From Planctomycetota bacterium (GTDB lineage: Bacteria > Planctomycetota > Phycisphaerae > Phycisphaerales > UBA1924), in the NCBI GenBank assembly GCA_038746265.1, contig JBCDKU010000001.1, forward strand, positions 54,281 through 118,280: a DNA stretch of 64,000 bases. Direction: 5' to 3'. The notes below the pieces were generated by a model. The model was not told the origin of the DNA, did not search any database, and saw only the letters and a list, made by a program, of their open reading frames with translations. This document shows positions 53,833-62,915 of the stretch, piece by piece. Made by a program: the position numbers and the translations under genes. How positions within the stretch are numbered: the stretch's first letter is position 1; each line of letters begins with the position of its first letter.

Positions 53833-55026
53833 TCAGGGGAGGTCGTAGCCTCGGACGCCGTCTTTGGTGGTTTGGCCGGGTGTCCAAAGCGACAACCCCA
53901 CTCGGGATCCGGACGCCGTCGTGACACCTCCACCGAGGCCGGGATAGAGCTCTTCGTTTGTCGCCGAGTCCGCGCTGCCATCCGCCAGACTGAACGATCC
54001 GCGGTGTGTGCGAGAGGGCCACGTATGGTCTGTTCCGTCGTAGGACCAGTTTGAGTGGAGCACCTTACGAGACGGGAAGACAACTTCATCCGGTCGGGTG
54101 GCTCCGTAAGCGAGATTCGACGGATTTCGGGTTTTGAGGCTCCAGAACTCCGGCCGGAAGATGAACGATGCCGAATATTCGTAGAGCGACACTTCTCCTG
54201 AACGGACCCGCGGGACATCAAAGGCTGGATGATACTTGCTTCCGCCGTAATAGTCGCCCGCAAGACTCCCGCCCCATGAGTACACCTGAGACTGGTACGC
54301 GAGAAGCGGATCGGCGTTCGATGCCGAGCGATCGTGAGGTATCTGCCCAAGCTGAGGAAAGTATCCGCCGTTGTCGTTGGCATACGCGTGAAAGACCGAC
54401 GCGTGAGTACGGAGGTTGGCCTGCACGACGAGTTCGTCTGCGCGATCTCTGGTTACTCGTACAACCGGCAACAGGATCGCAAGGAGTACGCCGATCACTG
54501 TGATGACAACGACCGTTTCCAAGAGCGTGAACGCGGGGACCCTCGTCGCTGACCCATGACTGCGATCCACCCCGTGATGACCAAGACGACCGCAAGCCTT
54601 GCAACGCCACGCTGACGGTGCCGCAAGAATTGTCATGAGAAGAAGACCGCCGTTGCGAGCAATCACAGCGAGACCGCTTTCACGGAACGCGATCCACGCG
54701 CTGAGCTTTCCAAAGCACCCGCAGTCGGGAGCGGCACCGCGGGTCAGTTCTATCGCATATCCAACTGTCAATGCGGACAGGAGCATCGCCACGAGACAGA
54801 TGACCCATCGACGCGTCGGAGACAGAAAGTACGCAAGCCCGGCGGCGAGCTCAGTGCCAGGGAGCGACGTTGAAATGAGCCCTACGGACCAAGCGGGGAT
54901 CGTTTGCCACCCTCGAAGCGTTGCCGCAAAGCTCGCGACGTCGCTGAGCTTCAACAAGCCAGCAACGATCAGCGACACGGCGACGAAAGCACCGCACAAG
55001 TAGCTGATCCGAAAGAGCCATTTCAT
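53833..55026 (-). CDS. single ORF encoding a MauE/DoxX-like 4-TM domain followed by a prepilin-type (DUF1559/H-X-DG-like) pseudopilin
   Basis: N-terminal 150 aa: VSLIVAGLLKL..., LPGTELAAGLAYFL, APDCGCFGK (MauE hallmark). Then RVPAFTLLETVVVITVIGVLLAILLP (prepilin methylation motif) and C-terminal THRGSFSLADGSA. No stop codon lies between the two halves. An in-frame GTG at 54570 could start a separate pilin. Confidence 0.6.
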   Translation of the reverse strand: MKWLFRISYLCGAFVAVSLIVAGLLKLSDVASFAATLRGWQTIPAWSVGLISTSLPGTELAAGLAYFLSPTRRWVICLVAMLLSALTVGYAIELTRGAAPDCGCFGKLSAWIAFRESGLAVIARNGGLLLMTILAAPSAWRCKACGRLGHHGVDRSHGSATRVPAFTLLETVVVITVIGVLLAILLPVVRVTRDRADELVVQANLRTHASVFHAYANDNGGYFPQLGQIPHDRSASNADPLLAYQSQVYSWGGSLAGDYYGGSKYHPAFDVPRVRSGEVSLYEYSASFIFRPEFWSLKTRNPSNLAYGATRPDEVVFPSRKVLHSNWSYDGTDHTWPSRTHRGSFSLADGSADSATNEELYPGLGGGVTTASGSRVGLSLWTPGQTTKDGVRGYDLP

Positions 55027-55571
55027 TCCGGCTGCGAATCACATGGGTCGTTGGGATCCACAAGCGGGTCTGGCTCAGTGACCTCCTCGTCCGGATCGCA
55101 AGGATCACTCCCACCGCCGCCGCCGCCGCTCGTATCGTCGCAGGCGCCGGTACCGAGAACACTTGTCCGCGAAATCTGACTCACTCCCTGTCCGGGCGTT
55201 CCGGGGATCGGCTTCCACATGTACTCGAGCTCATCCAGATCGAATTCGCATCGGTATTTTTGCCACAGGCACTCGAAGGCGGGGTTAACACTCACCGGAG
55301 GCCCTTTATAGATTCCATCAGGATCTTGCACCGCGTGAAAGACCGTCAGCTGGATTGGTGTCAGCGGTGTAAAAGGATGGGCTACGCCGGCGCACTGGCC
55401 CCTTGTTGCCGCGGGGTTCGGGACTTGGCCCGGCACCGCGCAGACATATGGATATGTCTGCCTGTAGCACTCGGTCACCGCCATAGCCGAGAGCCCGGCA
55501 ATAGCAAGAGCTACGGCACACGTTTCTTGAAATCGAAGCTGTCCCATATCTGATACCCCTATCCGAGTCAT
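55023..55571 (-). CDS. small Cys-rich secreted protein
   Basis: Signal-like CAVALAIAGLSAMAV, nine Cys, a Gly6 run and an acidic Pro-rich tail. ATGA overlaps at both ends. Confidence 0.55.
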   Translation of the reverse strand: MTRIGVSDMGQLRFQETCAVALAIAGLSAMAVTECYRQTYPYVCAVPGQVPNPAATRGQCAGVAHPFTPLTPIQLTVFHAVQDPDGIYKGPPVSVNPAFECLWQKYRCEFDLDELEYMWKPIPGTPGQGVSQISRTSVLGTGACDDTSGGGGGGSDPCDPDEEVTEPDPLVDPNDPCDSQPE

Positions 55572-56827
55572 GATCTTCTGGCTCGCAGGAAGGCTGCGAC
55601 ACCAACAACCGCAGCGATCGCTCCGCCGCCAAACACGAGCGCGAGCGTGTTCTGTCGTTCCTCAGCTCGTTTGGTTGGCATGAGGGGCGCATCGACGACA
55701 CCAACCGTTGTTTCGAGGTCCGTCGAAAGCAGCTTGCCGGTTCGCCCGTCGGACCCTCGGAAGTCAGCGACCGAGTCAACATTGATCGGTCCGTGCAGAA
55801 GGTCTTCGGCGTTCCTTGGCGGCTCCAGCAGCGCGAGCAGCCGCTTAGGCTCGATCCTCCGAGCCTCAAGCAGTTCGTAGCCAATCGCCGTTTGCGGCGT
55901 ATCGGAACTGGTCACATCTCCGCTCGCTCGACTGAGAGACCAATCGACGCGGCGGTACGCGCGAATCAGGTCGTTTCCGAGTTCGTGTCCCAGACCATCC
56001 GAGAGGCCGCGATCAGTGACAAGACTCTCGGAGGGCGGGATGCGCCCCTCCCTCCCCATGAAACGACTCCTGTCGAGCAGTGGGGCACCGCGCGCACTGA
56101 AACCTCCGCCGAATCGGAACCGACGCAGCCACGGATCGTCCTCCTCCGTCGCTCCCGGCGCCGGGATGGCAACTGTCGCCGCCCATCTGTCGTTCTCAAC
56201 AAGACCAATATCGAGGATTCTGACGCCGTTGAGCGGACGACGGGGCGCGAAGATTCCCGCCCGAAATGTTCGGACACCACGAAGGGCTGTTCGCAGCGAG
56301 CCGTGGATGTCAAATCCAGCTGGAACGGCTTCTTCTGGTCCGACCAGCGTGAGACCATCGACCGAGCCAGATGGATCGCGCACCAATCGCCAGCTGACAT
56401 CTTCGCCCACAGCGTGATCTACACCGAGGGTTTTGGGCGACGACCGCGCGACCCGCCCCGACCCGTCTTCGCCGATCCAAAGTGAGTATTCTGACCAAGA
56501 CTCGTCAGGGGTCCGGGCGGCCCGCTCCATTTGATAGAGGGGCTGTTCTGGGTGCTCTGGTCGGTTGCTGACTCGTCGCTCGAGCGCTTGGAATTGTTCA
56601 TCCGTCATGACCGGCAGGATGGTCTCCCGCCACCGCCACATCGTGTTGGTCAGGTCGAACTCGCGGGGCTCGGTCAGGCGTTCCATGAGCCAGGCTCGGA
56701 CGCGCTCTTCGAGTTCCGCTTCGGTCGGCTGCGATGACCCGCTCGGCTGCGCTGCCGCCAAACCCTGCGGCACCAGCAGCATGAGTCCCGCGATAAGTCC
56801 GATTAATCCCCTTGATCCGCCGTTCAT
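55568..56827 (-). CDS. exported protein with C-terminal TM anchor and basic tail
   Basis: ATG 56827 gives signal peptide LIGLIAGLMLLVPQGLAAAQP. C-terminus LALVFGGGAIAAVVGVAAFLRARRS. The ORF-track start at 57544 would overlap rplM and is rejected. Confidence 0.6.
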   Translation of the reverse strand: MNGGSRGLIGLIAGLMLLVPQGLAAAQPSGSSQPTEAELEERVRAWLMERLTEPREFDLTNTMWRWRETILPVMTDEQFQALERRVSNRPEHPEQPLYQMERAARTPDESWSEYSLWIGEDGSGRVARSSPKTLGVDHAVGEDVSWRLVRDPSGSVDGLTLVGPEEAVPAGFDIHGSLRTALRGVRTFRAGIFAPRRPLNGVRILDIGLVENDRWAATVAIPAPGATEEDDPWLRRFRFGGGFSARGAPLLDRSRFMGREGRIPPSESLVTDRGLSDGLGHELGNDLIRAYRRVDWSLSRASGDVTSSDTPQTAIGYELLEARRIEPKRLLALLEPPRNAEDLLHGPINVDSVADFRGSDGRTGKLLSTDLETTVGVVDAPLMPTKRAEERQNTLALVFGGGAIAAVVGVAAFLRARRS

Positions 56828-57115
56828 TTCCCCAGCATAAACACCCCTCCCTAGTCCACAAAGCGAATTCGACCGATCGATCCAAAATCCTCGGATCTGA
56901 GGGACGAGGCGCCTGCCTATCGCTGCCGCCTTGTCTCGGTCCCAGCCCCCGCTACCATTACGGTCCCGAATCCGTCTTCGGCGGATCCGAACCCGAAACC
57001 CTGCCGTCTGGACCGCCTTTGGCTTTCCTGTCGGCCCGCCCCGCCCGGTAGGCGGCGTATCGAAGCACCCGAGCGTGGGGCACCGGCCTCGCGTCTCTGC
57101 ACGCAGGAGTCCGTC

Positions 57116-57577
57116 ATGTCCAAGGGACACGCCACGCACCTTCGCCGTCAGACCTGGATGGCGACCAACCCGGGGCAGGTCAACCGCATCTGGCGTCACG
57201 TCGATGCGACCGACGTGCCGCTGGGCCGTCTTGCCTCTGAGATCGCGATCGTGCTGATGGGCAAGCACCGCCCGGAGTACACGCCGCACGTGGACACGGG
57301 CGATTTCGTCATCGTGACCAACGCGAGCTCGGTCGGGCTGACCGGCAAGAAGGCCGAGCAGTCGATGGTCAAGCGGTACTCGGGCTACCCGGGCGGCCTG
57401 AAGCTCGAGTCGTTCGGCTCGGTGCGTGAGCGCAAGCCGGAGCGTCTGATCGAGCTGGCGGTCCGCCGCATGCTCCCGAAGAACCGTCTTGGGCGTCAGA
57501 TGCTCAAGAAGCTGAAGGTCTACCCCGGTGCCGAGCACCCGCACGACGCCAACAACCCCGTTCCCCTCAAGGGCTAA
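57116..57577 (+). CDS. rplM: 50S ribosomal protein L13
   Basis: [38 protein letters not shown]. Typical L13 throughout. Confidence 0.9.
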   Translation: MSKGHATHLRRQTWMATNPGQVNRIWRHVDATDVPLGRLASEIAIVLMGKHRPEYTPHVDTGDFVIVTNASSVGLTGKKAEQSMVKRYSGYPGGLKLESFGSVRERKPERLIELAVRRMLPKNRLGRQMLKKLKVYPGAEHPHDANNPVPLKG

Positions 57578-57626
57578 TCCAGAACCGAACCACGGAGACA
57601 GCCCTCAAGAAAGGGGCGATTGAACC

Positions 57627-58166
57627 ATGTCCGAAACAGGCTTCCAGACGACGATCACCAACCCCGACCTCGCCGGCGAGAACCTCATGCCCGAGGCCGC
57701 CCCGGAGCAGGAGGTCCGCGCTGTTCCCGACCCGATCCCGGCCGACAAGCACGGCTGGTGGTGGGGCGTGGGTCGCCGCAAGTCCGCGGTTGCCCGCGTG
57801 CGTCTGCGTCCGGCGAAGGAGGGCGAGGGCAAGGGCGTCGTGCACGTCCAGATCACCCGCAAGAAGTTCAAGACCATCGAGGAGTACCTGTCGGGTCCGC
57901 GTGACCGCACCGATGCGTACGCCCCGCTCGAGCTGACCGGGCTCAAGGGCGACCTCGATGTGTTCATCCGCTGCACCGGCGGCGGCACGACGGGCCAGGC
58001 TCAGGCGATCCGCCTCGGCATCGCCCGCGCTCTGGTCGGCTTCGACCCGAACCACGAGAAGGCGCTCCGCGACGCGGGCTTCCTGAGCCGCGACGCCCGC
58101 AAGGTCGAGCGGAAGAAGTACGGTCAGCCCGGTGCTCGCCGTCGCTTCCAGTTCTCGAAGCGCTAA
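57627..58166 (+). CDS. rpsI: 30S ribosomal protein S9 (with an N-terminal extension of about 45 aa)
   Basis: GRRKSAVARVRL, GGGTTGQAQAIRLGIARAL, DARKVERKKYGQPGARRRFQFSKR. Confidence 0.9.
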   Translation: MSETGFQTTITNPDLAGENLMPEAAPEQEVRAVPDPIPADKHGWWWGVGRRKSAVARVRLRPAKEGEGKGVVHVQITRKKFKTIEEYLSGPRDRTDAYAPLELTGLKGDLDVFIRCTGGGTTGQAQAIRLGIARALVGFDPNHEKALRDAGFLSRDARKVERKKYGQPGARRRFQFSKR

Positions 58167-58198
58167 CTCGCCGGATTGCTCTGCATCCATGCCACGCC

Positions 58199-58232
58199 GC
58201 ACGGCCCGCTCAGGCGGGCCGTGCTGTTTTTT
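58199..58232 (+). terminator. rho-independent terminator of rplM-rpsI
   Basis: GCACGGCCCGC-tcag-GCGGGCCGTGC followed by TGTTTTTTGG. Confidence 0.85.
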
Positions 58233-58262
58233 GGTGCGCGGGCAAACCAAAGACGACCGCGG

Positions 58263-59501
58263 TTACTGCTTCGGGGACCGGACGAGGCGGCGGACCTCGT
58301 CGAGCGAGGGCTGGACAGCAGCGACGCGGCCCTGGGGATCGATGAGGTACTTCGTCGGGTAGCCCGAGACGAGGTAGGTGTCGCTCGGGGCGCGGCCTTC
58401 CATCAGCGCATGCGTCCATCGTGCGCGGTGGGTTCTCGCGGCTTCGAGGGCCTGCTCGCGGGAGCCGGTGACGAGGTATCCGACGATCTCGAACTCGTCG
58501 CGATCGAACGACTCCGACAGCGCGACGAGCTTGGGCATCTCGGCGATGCAGGGCACGCACCACTCGCCCCAGAAATCGACCAGGACCCACTTGCCGCGCT
58601 TCGAGTCGATCGAGAACTCGCCGCCTCGGAGCGTCTTGAGTTGTTCGACGGGAAAGGGCTCGCCCACGTCGAGGCTCGTCGAATCGACCGTCGCGTTCGC
58701 GGCGGGCGTGAAGGTCACGGTCGAGCCGTCGGGCGCGATCGCGACGCGGTAGATCGTGTTGTTGACGGCGACGCCGCGGGGAGCGCGGTTGGTCTCGCGG
58801 CTCGAGATCTCGTGGTTGAGCTCGCCGTCGAGGTCGAGATCGATCATGAGCAGGTCCTCGGGCCCGTTGAAGATGCCGTCGTGCTCCCAGTCGAAGATGC
58901 CGACGCGGTGGACCTGGCCACCGAAGTTCACCGAGTTCTCGCGGAAGCCGTAGCGGTTGTCCCAGATGAGCGTGTCGAGGCTGCCCTCGGCGCCCTCGCG
59001 TTGGAGGAGGACCTCCTGGATCCGCGGGAGGGGCTCGCGCTGGAAAAGCTCGTACCTCACGTCGGCGCCGTCCGCGCCCTTCACGGTGATGGGCGCGGCG
59101 AACCGGTCGCCGTCCTCGATCAGCGTGACGGGCTCTTCATCGGAGAGATCGGCATCCCGGTCGGCATCGACATACGCGAGCCGCTCGCCCTCGTGGATCT
59201 CGAAGCCGATCCAGAGCGCGGTGTCGGGTCCGCCGATGTAGATCTTGCAGACCGAGCCCTCACCCGACCGGAACGCGGGCGGCGTGAGCTCGGGGAAGGC
59301 ACTCGGGGCCTTCAGCAGCCTCGGGAGCGAGATCGCGTCGGGGAACAGGCGGCTGTGTGCGCCCATCTCGACGATCAGCGGCGCGGCTTTGGCTTTCTGC
59401 GCGTCCGGCTGATTCGCGTTGGTCTTGAACTGTCCGAGTGCGGAGACGGCCGACCACGCGAGGGTGATGAGGGCGACACATCGTGAGGCGTGCTTGATCA
59501 T
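58263..59501 (-). CDS. exported TlpA-like thiol:disulfide oxidoreductase with N-terminal extra domain
   Basis: Signal peptide VALITLAWSAVSALGQ. Trx fold WVLVDFWGEWCVPCIAEMPKL with an intact CXXC. Confidence 0.75.
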   Translation of the reverse strand: MIKHASRCVALITLAWSAVSALGQFKTNANQPDAQKAKAAPLIVEMGAHSRLFPDAISLPRLLKAPSAFPELTPPAFRSGEGSVCKIYIGGPDTALWIGFEIHEGERLAYVDADRDADLSDEEPVTLIEDGDRFAAPITVKGADGADVRYELFQREPLPRIQEVLLQREGAEGSLDTLIWDNRYGFRENSVNFGGQVHRVGIFDWEHDGIFNGPEDLLMIDLDLDGELNHEISSRETNRAPRGVAVNNTIYRVAIAPDGSTVTFTPAANATVDSTSLDVGEPFPVEQLKTLRGGEFSIDSKRGKWVLVDFWGEWCVPCIAEMPKLVALSESFDRDEFEIVGYLVTGSREQALEAARTHRARWTHALMEGRAPSDTYLVSGYPTKYLIDPQGRVAAVQPSLDEVRRLVRSPKQ

Positions 59502-59507
59502 GCACGC

Positions 59508-60026
59508 TCAGAGTACGGACCGGGTCGATCCCGTCGCGGTCACGGCAAGATTTCGTACGGAGCGCTCTCGGCGGCCGCCGAGCGAGACGGTGGAGACCGG
59601 TTCAAAGGTCAGTCCGAAGCCGTCGAGGATGGAGATCGGGTCGCGCTGCGGTGCGACGCGGAGCAGCGACTCGAAGGAGGACAGCGCGTCGATCTCGAGC
59701 AGGGCGCGCTCGCAGGTGCGGGCGACCTCGGCGGACGGCAGCGGCTCGGCGCGGAGGCGATCGAAGAAGCTGACCGAGCCGACGAGGGCCTGGTCGTGCT
59801 GCGGACGGGCCGCGGTCCGGTAACTCGTGACGCTCAGGATGGAGCCCGGCATCATCTGGCCCGAGGACCACACGCGGCTCGGGATGAGCGGGTTGGTCAT
59901 GGGCGTCTCGCGGAGCGGCGCGGCCGTGGGCTGGCCGACCGATTCGCTGATTCTCACGGGCTGAGCGAGCGCCGACGCCGCGGTGAGCAGCGTTGTTGCG
60001 GTTGTCAGGCGAGCGAACACAGGCAT
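59508..60026 (-). CDS. hypothetical secreted protein
   Basis: ATG 60026 gives signal peptide LTTATTLLTAASALAQP. No motif recognised. Confidence 0.45.
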   Translation of the reverse strand: MPVFARLTTATTLLTAASALAQPVRISESVGQPTAAPLRETPMTNPLIPSRVWSSGQMMPGSILSVTSYRTAARPQHDQALVGSVSFFDRLRAEPLPSAEVARTCERALLEIDALSSFESLLRVAPQRDPISILDGFGLTFEPVSTVSLGGRRERSVRNLAVTATGSTRSVL

Positions 60027-60184
60027 CGTCGAACCCCTTGGAACAGATCGCCGACATAACGCGTGTCGGCGGCGGGGCGATTGAAACACGCTTCGCACCC
60101 GAAGACAACAGCGGCGCGCGGAGATGAACGAGACTTTGACGTCCCGCGCGCACTTCTGGGGATTCCCGAATCGATGGAGTTTCG

Positions 60185-61501
60185 TCAGCCGCGGGCTTCG
60201 CGCTTGAGCTCGGTGCGGAGCGCGTCGGCCAGCAACTCGAACTGCGGCGGGGTGTTGTGCAGGTGCGCGCTCACGCGCATGACGCGGGTCCACACCGGGT
60301 CGAAGCCCCAGACGGGGACCTGGATCGCGTGGTTGGCGTAGATCGCATCCCAGAGCGTTTCTTCAAATTCGCACTCGGTCATGGGCCTCGGCGACGGGTT
60401 GGCGGGGAGCAGCAGCGAGTACATCGTGCCGACCATGTCGTCGGGGCAGGTCTGCGGGAGCCCGCACGTCTCGCGGATGGCGCGGGCGCCGGCGACCGCG
60501 ACGTCGTGGTTGCGGCGGTAGAGCTCGTCCCACCCGCCCGGGAGCTGCGCGCCCAGATGCTCGATCGCGTGGTGGACGACGAGGTTGCCCGTGTAGTCGC
60601 CCGTGCCGACGTAGTCGAAGTCGGCGAGGAAGTGGCTGCGGTCGGGGCGGTTGTGATGGACCCGGCAGGACTCGGCCGCGGGGCGGACGTGGGCTTGGCG
60701 CTCGGGCGTGCAGTAGACGAACCCGGTGCCCTTGGGCGTGCAGAGCCACTTGTGGCAGCTCGCGACGTAGAAGGTTGGGTCGAGGGCGGCGATATCGAGC
60801 GGGATCTGGCCCGGCGTGTGAGCGCCATCGATGATGGTGCCGATCCCACGCGCCTTGCAGGACTCGACGATGCGCTCGACGGGGAAGATCAGCGACGACG
60901 CGCTCGTGATGTGGCTGATGACGACGAACCTCGTGCGATCGGTCAGCAGCTCCTCGACCGCCTCGGCGACGACGTGCGGGCCGCAGACCGGGAGCGGGAC
61001 GCGGGCCGTCTTGACGACCGCGCCGGTGCGTGCGCACAGGCGGGTCAGCTCGTTGAAGGTTGCCTTGTACTCGTGATCGGTGACGACGATCTCGTCGCCC
61101 GGCTCGAGCTCTGGTTCGTAGCTGCGGATTGCGGCCGCCACGGCGTAGGTGCCGTTGCCGACGAAGGTCAGGTCCTTGGGCGGACAGTTGACGAACGCGG
61201 CGAGAGCCTGGCGGGCGGTGTCGGCGAGGCGTTCGAGCTCGACGACGAAGAACCGGGGCGGGTCGCGGTCGAGCACGTCGCGGAGCTCGTCCTGGCGCGC
61301 GCGGACGTACTCGGGGGTGACGCCGTAGCTGCCGTGGTTGAGCAGCGTGACGTTGTCGCCGACGGGCCAGACGGCTTGCTGGAGCGGGCCCTCGGCGAGG
61401 ATCTCGTGTGCCTGCCTGCCGGAGCGCCCGAGGCGTGGGCCGGCCTGGACTTGGACGGGGGTGCGGAGAGCGGTATCTGGAGCTGAGTTGGGCATGCGCA
61501 T
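60185..61501 (-). CDS. aminotransferase class-V-fold PLP enzyme (isopenicillin-N-epimerase/cysteine-desulfurase-like), paralog 1
   Basis: LLNHGSYG, VISHITSASS, IIDGAHTPG, ASCHKWLCTPKGTGF (PLP Lys). Confidence 0.75.
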   Translation of the reverse strand: MRMPNSAPDTALRTPVQVQAGPRLGRSGRQAHEILAEGPLQQAVWPVGDNVTLLNHGSYGVTPEYVRARQDELRDVLDRDPPRFFVVELERLADTARQALAAFVNCPPKDLTFVGNGTYAVAAAIRSYEPELEPGDEIVVTDHEYKATFNELTRLCARTGAVVKTARVPLPVCGPHVVAEAVEELLTDRTRFVVISHITSASSLIFPVERIVESCKARGIGTIIDGAHTPGQIPLDIAALDPTFYVASCHKWLCTPKGTGFVYCTPERQAHVRPAAESCRVHHNRPDRSHFLADFDYVGTGDYTGNLVVHHAIEHLGAQLPGGWDELYRRNHDVAVAGARAIRETCGLPQTCPDDMVGTMYSLLLPANPSPRPMTECEFEETLWDAIYANHAIQVPVWGFDPVWTRVMRVSAHLHNTPPQFELLADALRTELKREARG

Positions 61502-61577
61502 CGTGACTGTATCGGCGGCACCTCGCGCCGCCGTGCAGGCGCGGGGACAAGTTCGTGCGCACGAACCGGGAGGTCGG

Positions 61578-62891
61578 TTAGGCGTTTTGGAGTTCGGTCT
61601 GTTCGCGTTCGAGTTCGGTCCGCAGCGCGTCCGCGAGGTATCGATATTGATCGATGGTGTTGTACCGCTGGGCGGAGAGGCGGATGAAGCGGCGGCCGTC
61701 GAAGGCGCCGCCTCCGAGCATCGAGCCGGCGCGCCAGATCGGGACCTGAGTCTTGTGGCGCTCGAGCAGGGCGTCCTGCAGGGGGTCGGCGAACTGGGTC
61801 GGACGTTTGGCGTAGGCCGCGGCGAGATCAGGCGGGAGATCGGGGAGCGGGAGCATCGCGAGAGGCCCGATGAGTTCGGGATCGATCTGGGGTCGGAGGC
61901 CCAGCGATTCGGCGAGCAGGGCGCGGGCTTCGAGCACGAGATCGCGGTTGGCGGCGATGATCCCGGGCCAGTTCGTGCCGGTGAGCTCGGGCAGGCCGTG
62001 GATCGCGTCGGCGACGGCGAGCTTGGCGGTGGGGTCGTCGGTGCCGACGTAGTCGAACTCGAGGTTGAAGTGGCTGCGTTTCTTGCGGCCCGCGGTGGTG
62101 GTTGCGTCGTTGGAGAGGACCAGCGGGCGGAAGCGGTCGTGCAGGTCGGGCCTGACCCAGAGCACGCCCGCGCCCTTGGGGGCGCCGAACCACTTGTGGG
62201 CGTTGAAGGTGTAGAAGGGCGCGCCGAGGGCCGGGATCTGGAAATCGGTCGCGCCGGGGCCGTGGGCGCCGTCCACGATGACGGCGACGCCGCGCTCGGC
62301 GAGCGGGCCTGTCAGGCGGTCGATCGGGATGACGACGCCCGACGGGCTGGTGATGTGGCTGACGAGGACGAGGCGGGTGGTGTCCGACACGGCTGCGAGC
62401 AGATACTCGACGAGCGCATCGGCGGCCAGGGGCGGCTCGCCCGGCGGCGGGACCGGGAAGGGCTCGGTTCGGACCGTGCAGCCTCGGCGCTCGGCGAGGC
62501 GGTGGAGGTTGTGCATGCACGCGGGGTATTCGTGGCTGAAGGTCAGCAGCTCGTCTCCGGGCCGGAGCGGGCGGCTGGCGGGCGTGCCGACACCCTCGGC
62601 GGCGTTCTCGAGCATGGTCGCGACGCCCTCGGTGGCGTTGCGGCAGAAGACGTAGTCGGCGGGGTCGCCCCCCATCACCTCGGCGACGGCGGCGCGGGCG
62701 TGGTCGAGACGCTCCCAGAGCGTGATGTTGAAAAAGCGGACGGGCTCGCGTTCGATCTCGGCTCGGTAGCGCGACTGGGCCTCAAGGACGGTGCGGAGGC
62801 AGCCTCCGAACGACCCGTGGTTAAGGAAGACGATCTCGGGGTCGAGCGTCCAGGCGTGGGCGAGGTCGGAGCGTGGGGGGAGGGTGGTCAC
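61578..62891 (-). CDS. aminotransferase class-V-fold PLP enzyme, paralog 2
   Basis: FLNHGSFG, VSHITSPSG, IVDGAHGPG, FNAHKWFGAPKGAGV. Confidence 0.75.
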   Translation of the reverse strand: MTTLPPRSDLAHAWTLDPEIVFLNHGSFGGCLRTVLEAQSRYRAEIEREPVRFFNITLWERLDHARAAVAEVMGGDPADYVFCRNATEGVATMLENAAEGVGTPASRPLRPGDELLTFSHEYPACMHNLHRLAERRGCTVRTEPFPVPPPGEPPLAADALVEYLLAAVSDTTRLVLVSHITSPSGVVIPIDRLTGPLAERGVAVIVDGAHGPGATDFQIPALGAPFYTFNAHKWFGAPKGAGVLWVRPDLHDRFRPLVLSNDATTTAGRKKRSHFNLEFDYVGTDDPTAKLAVADAIHGLPELTGTNWPGIIAANRDLVLEARALLAESLGLRPQIDPELIGPLAMLPLPDLPPDLAAAYAKRPTQFADPLQDALLERHKTQVPIWRAGSMLGGGAFDGRRFIRLSAQRYNTIDQYRYLADALRTELEREQTELQNA

Positions 62892-62915
62892 GCGGTCATT
62901 GTGGCGGGGTACGGG

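Noticed and set aside
52532-56882. GACC(A)GATCGATC direct repeats as att or target-site duplication of the low-GC islet
   Set aside because: The palindromic GATCGATC core, once even with an ACC-N prefix, also occurs at about 35.56 kb and about 43.07 kb. No integrase or transposase is present. This is kept only as weak supporting evidence.
56828-57115. Possible r-protein leader or ncRNA in the 288-nt gap before rplM
   Set aside because: Only short, imperfect hairpins are visible, for example around GGATCCGAACCCGAAACC. I cannot recognise any conserved RNA motif by eye. An Rfam scan would be needed.
56828-57544. N-terminal extension of ORF 55568..57544
   Set aside because: It overlaps rplM on the opposite strand and is R/G/L-rich. 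An internal ATG at 56827 gives a clean signal peptide.
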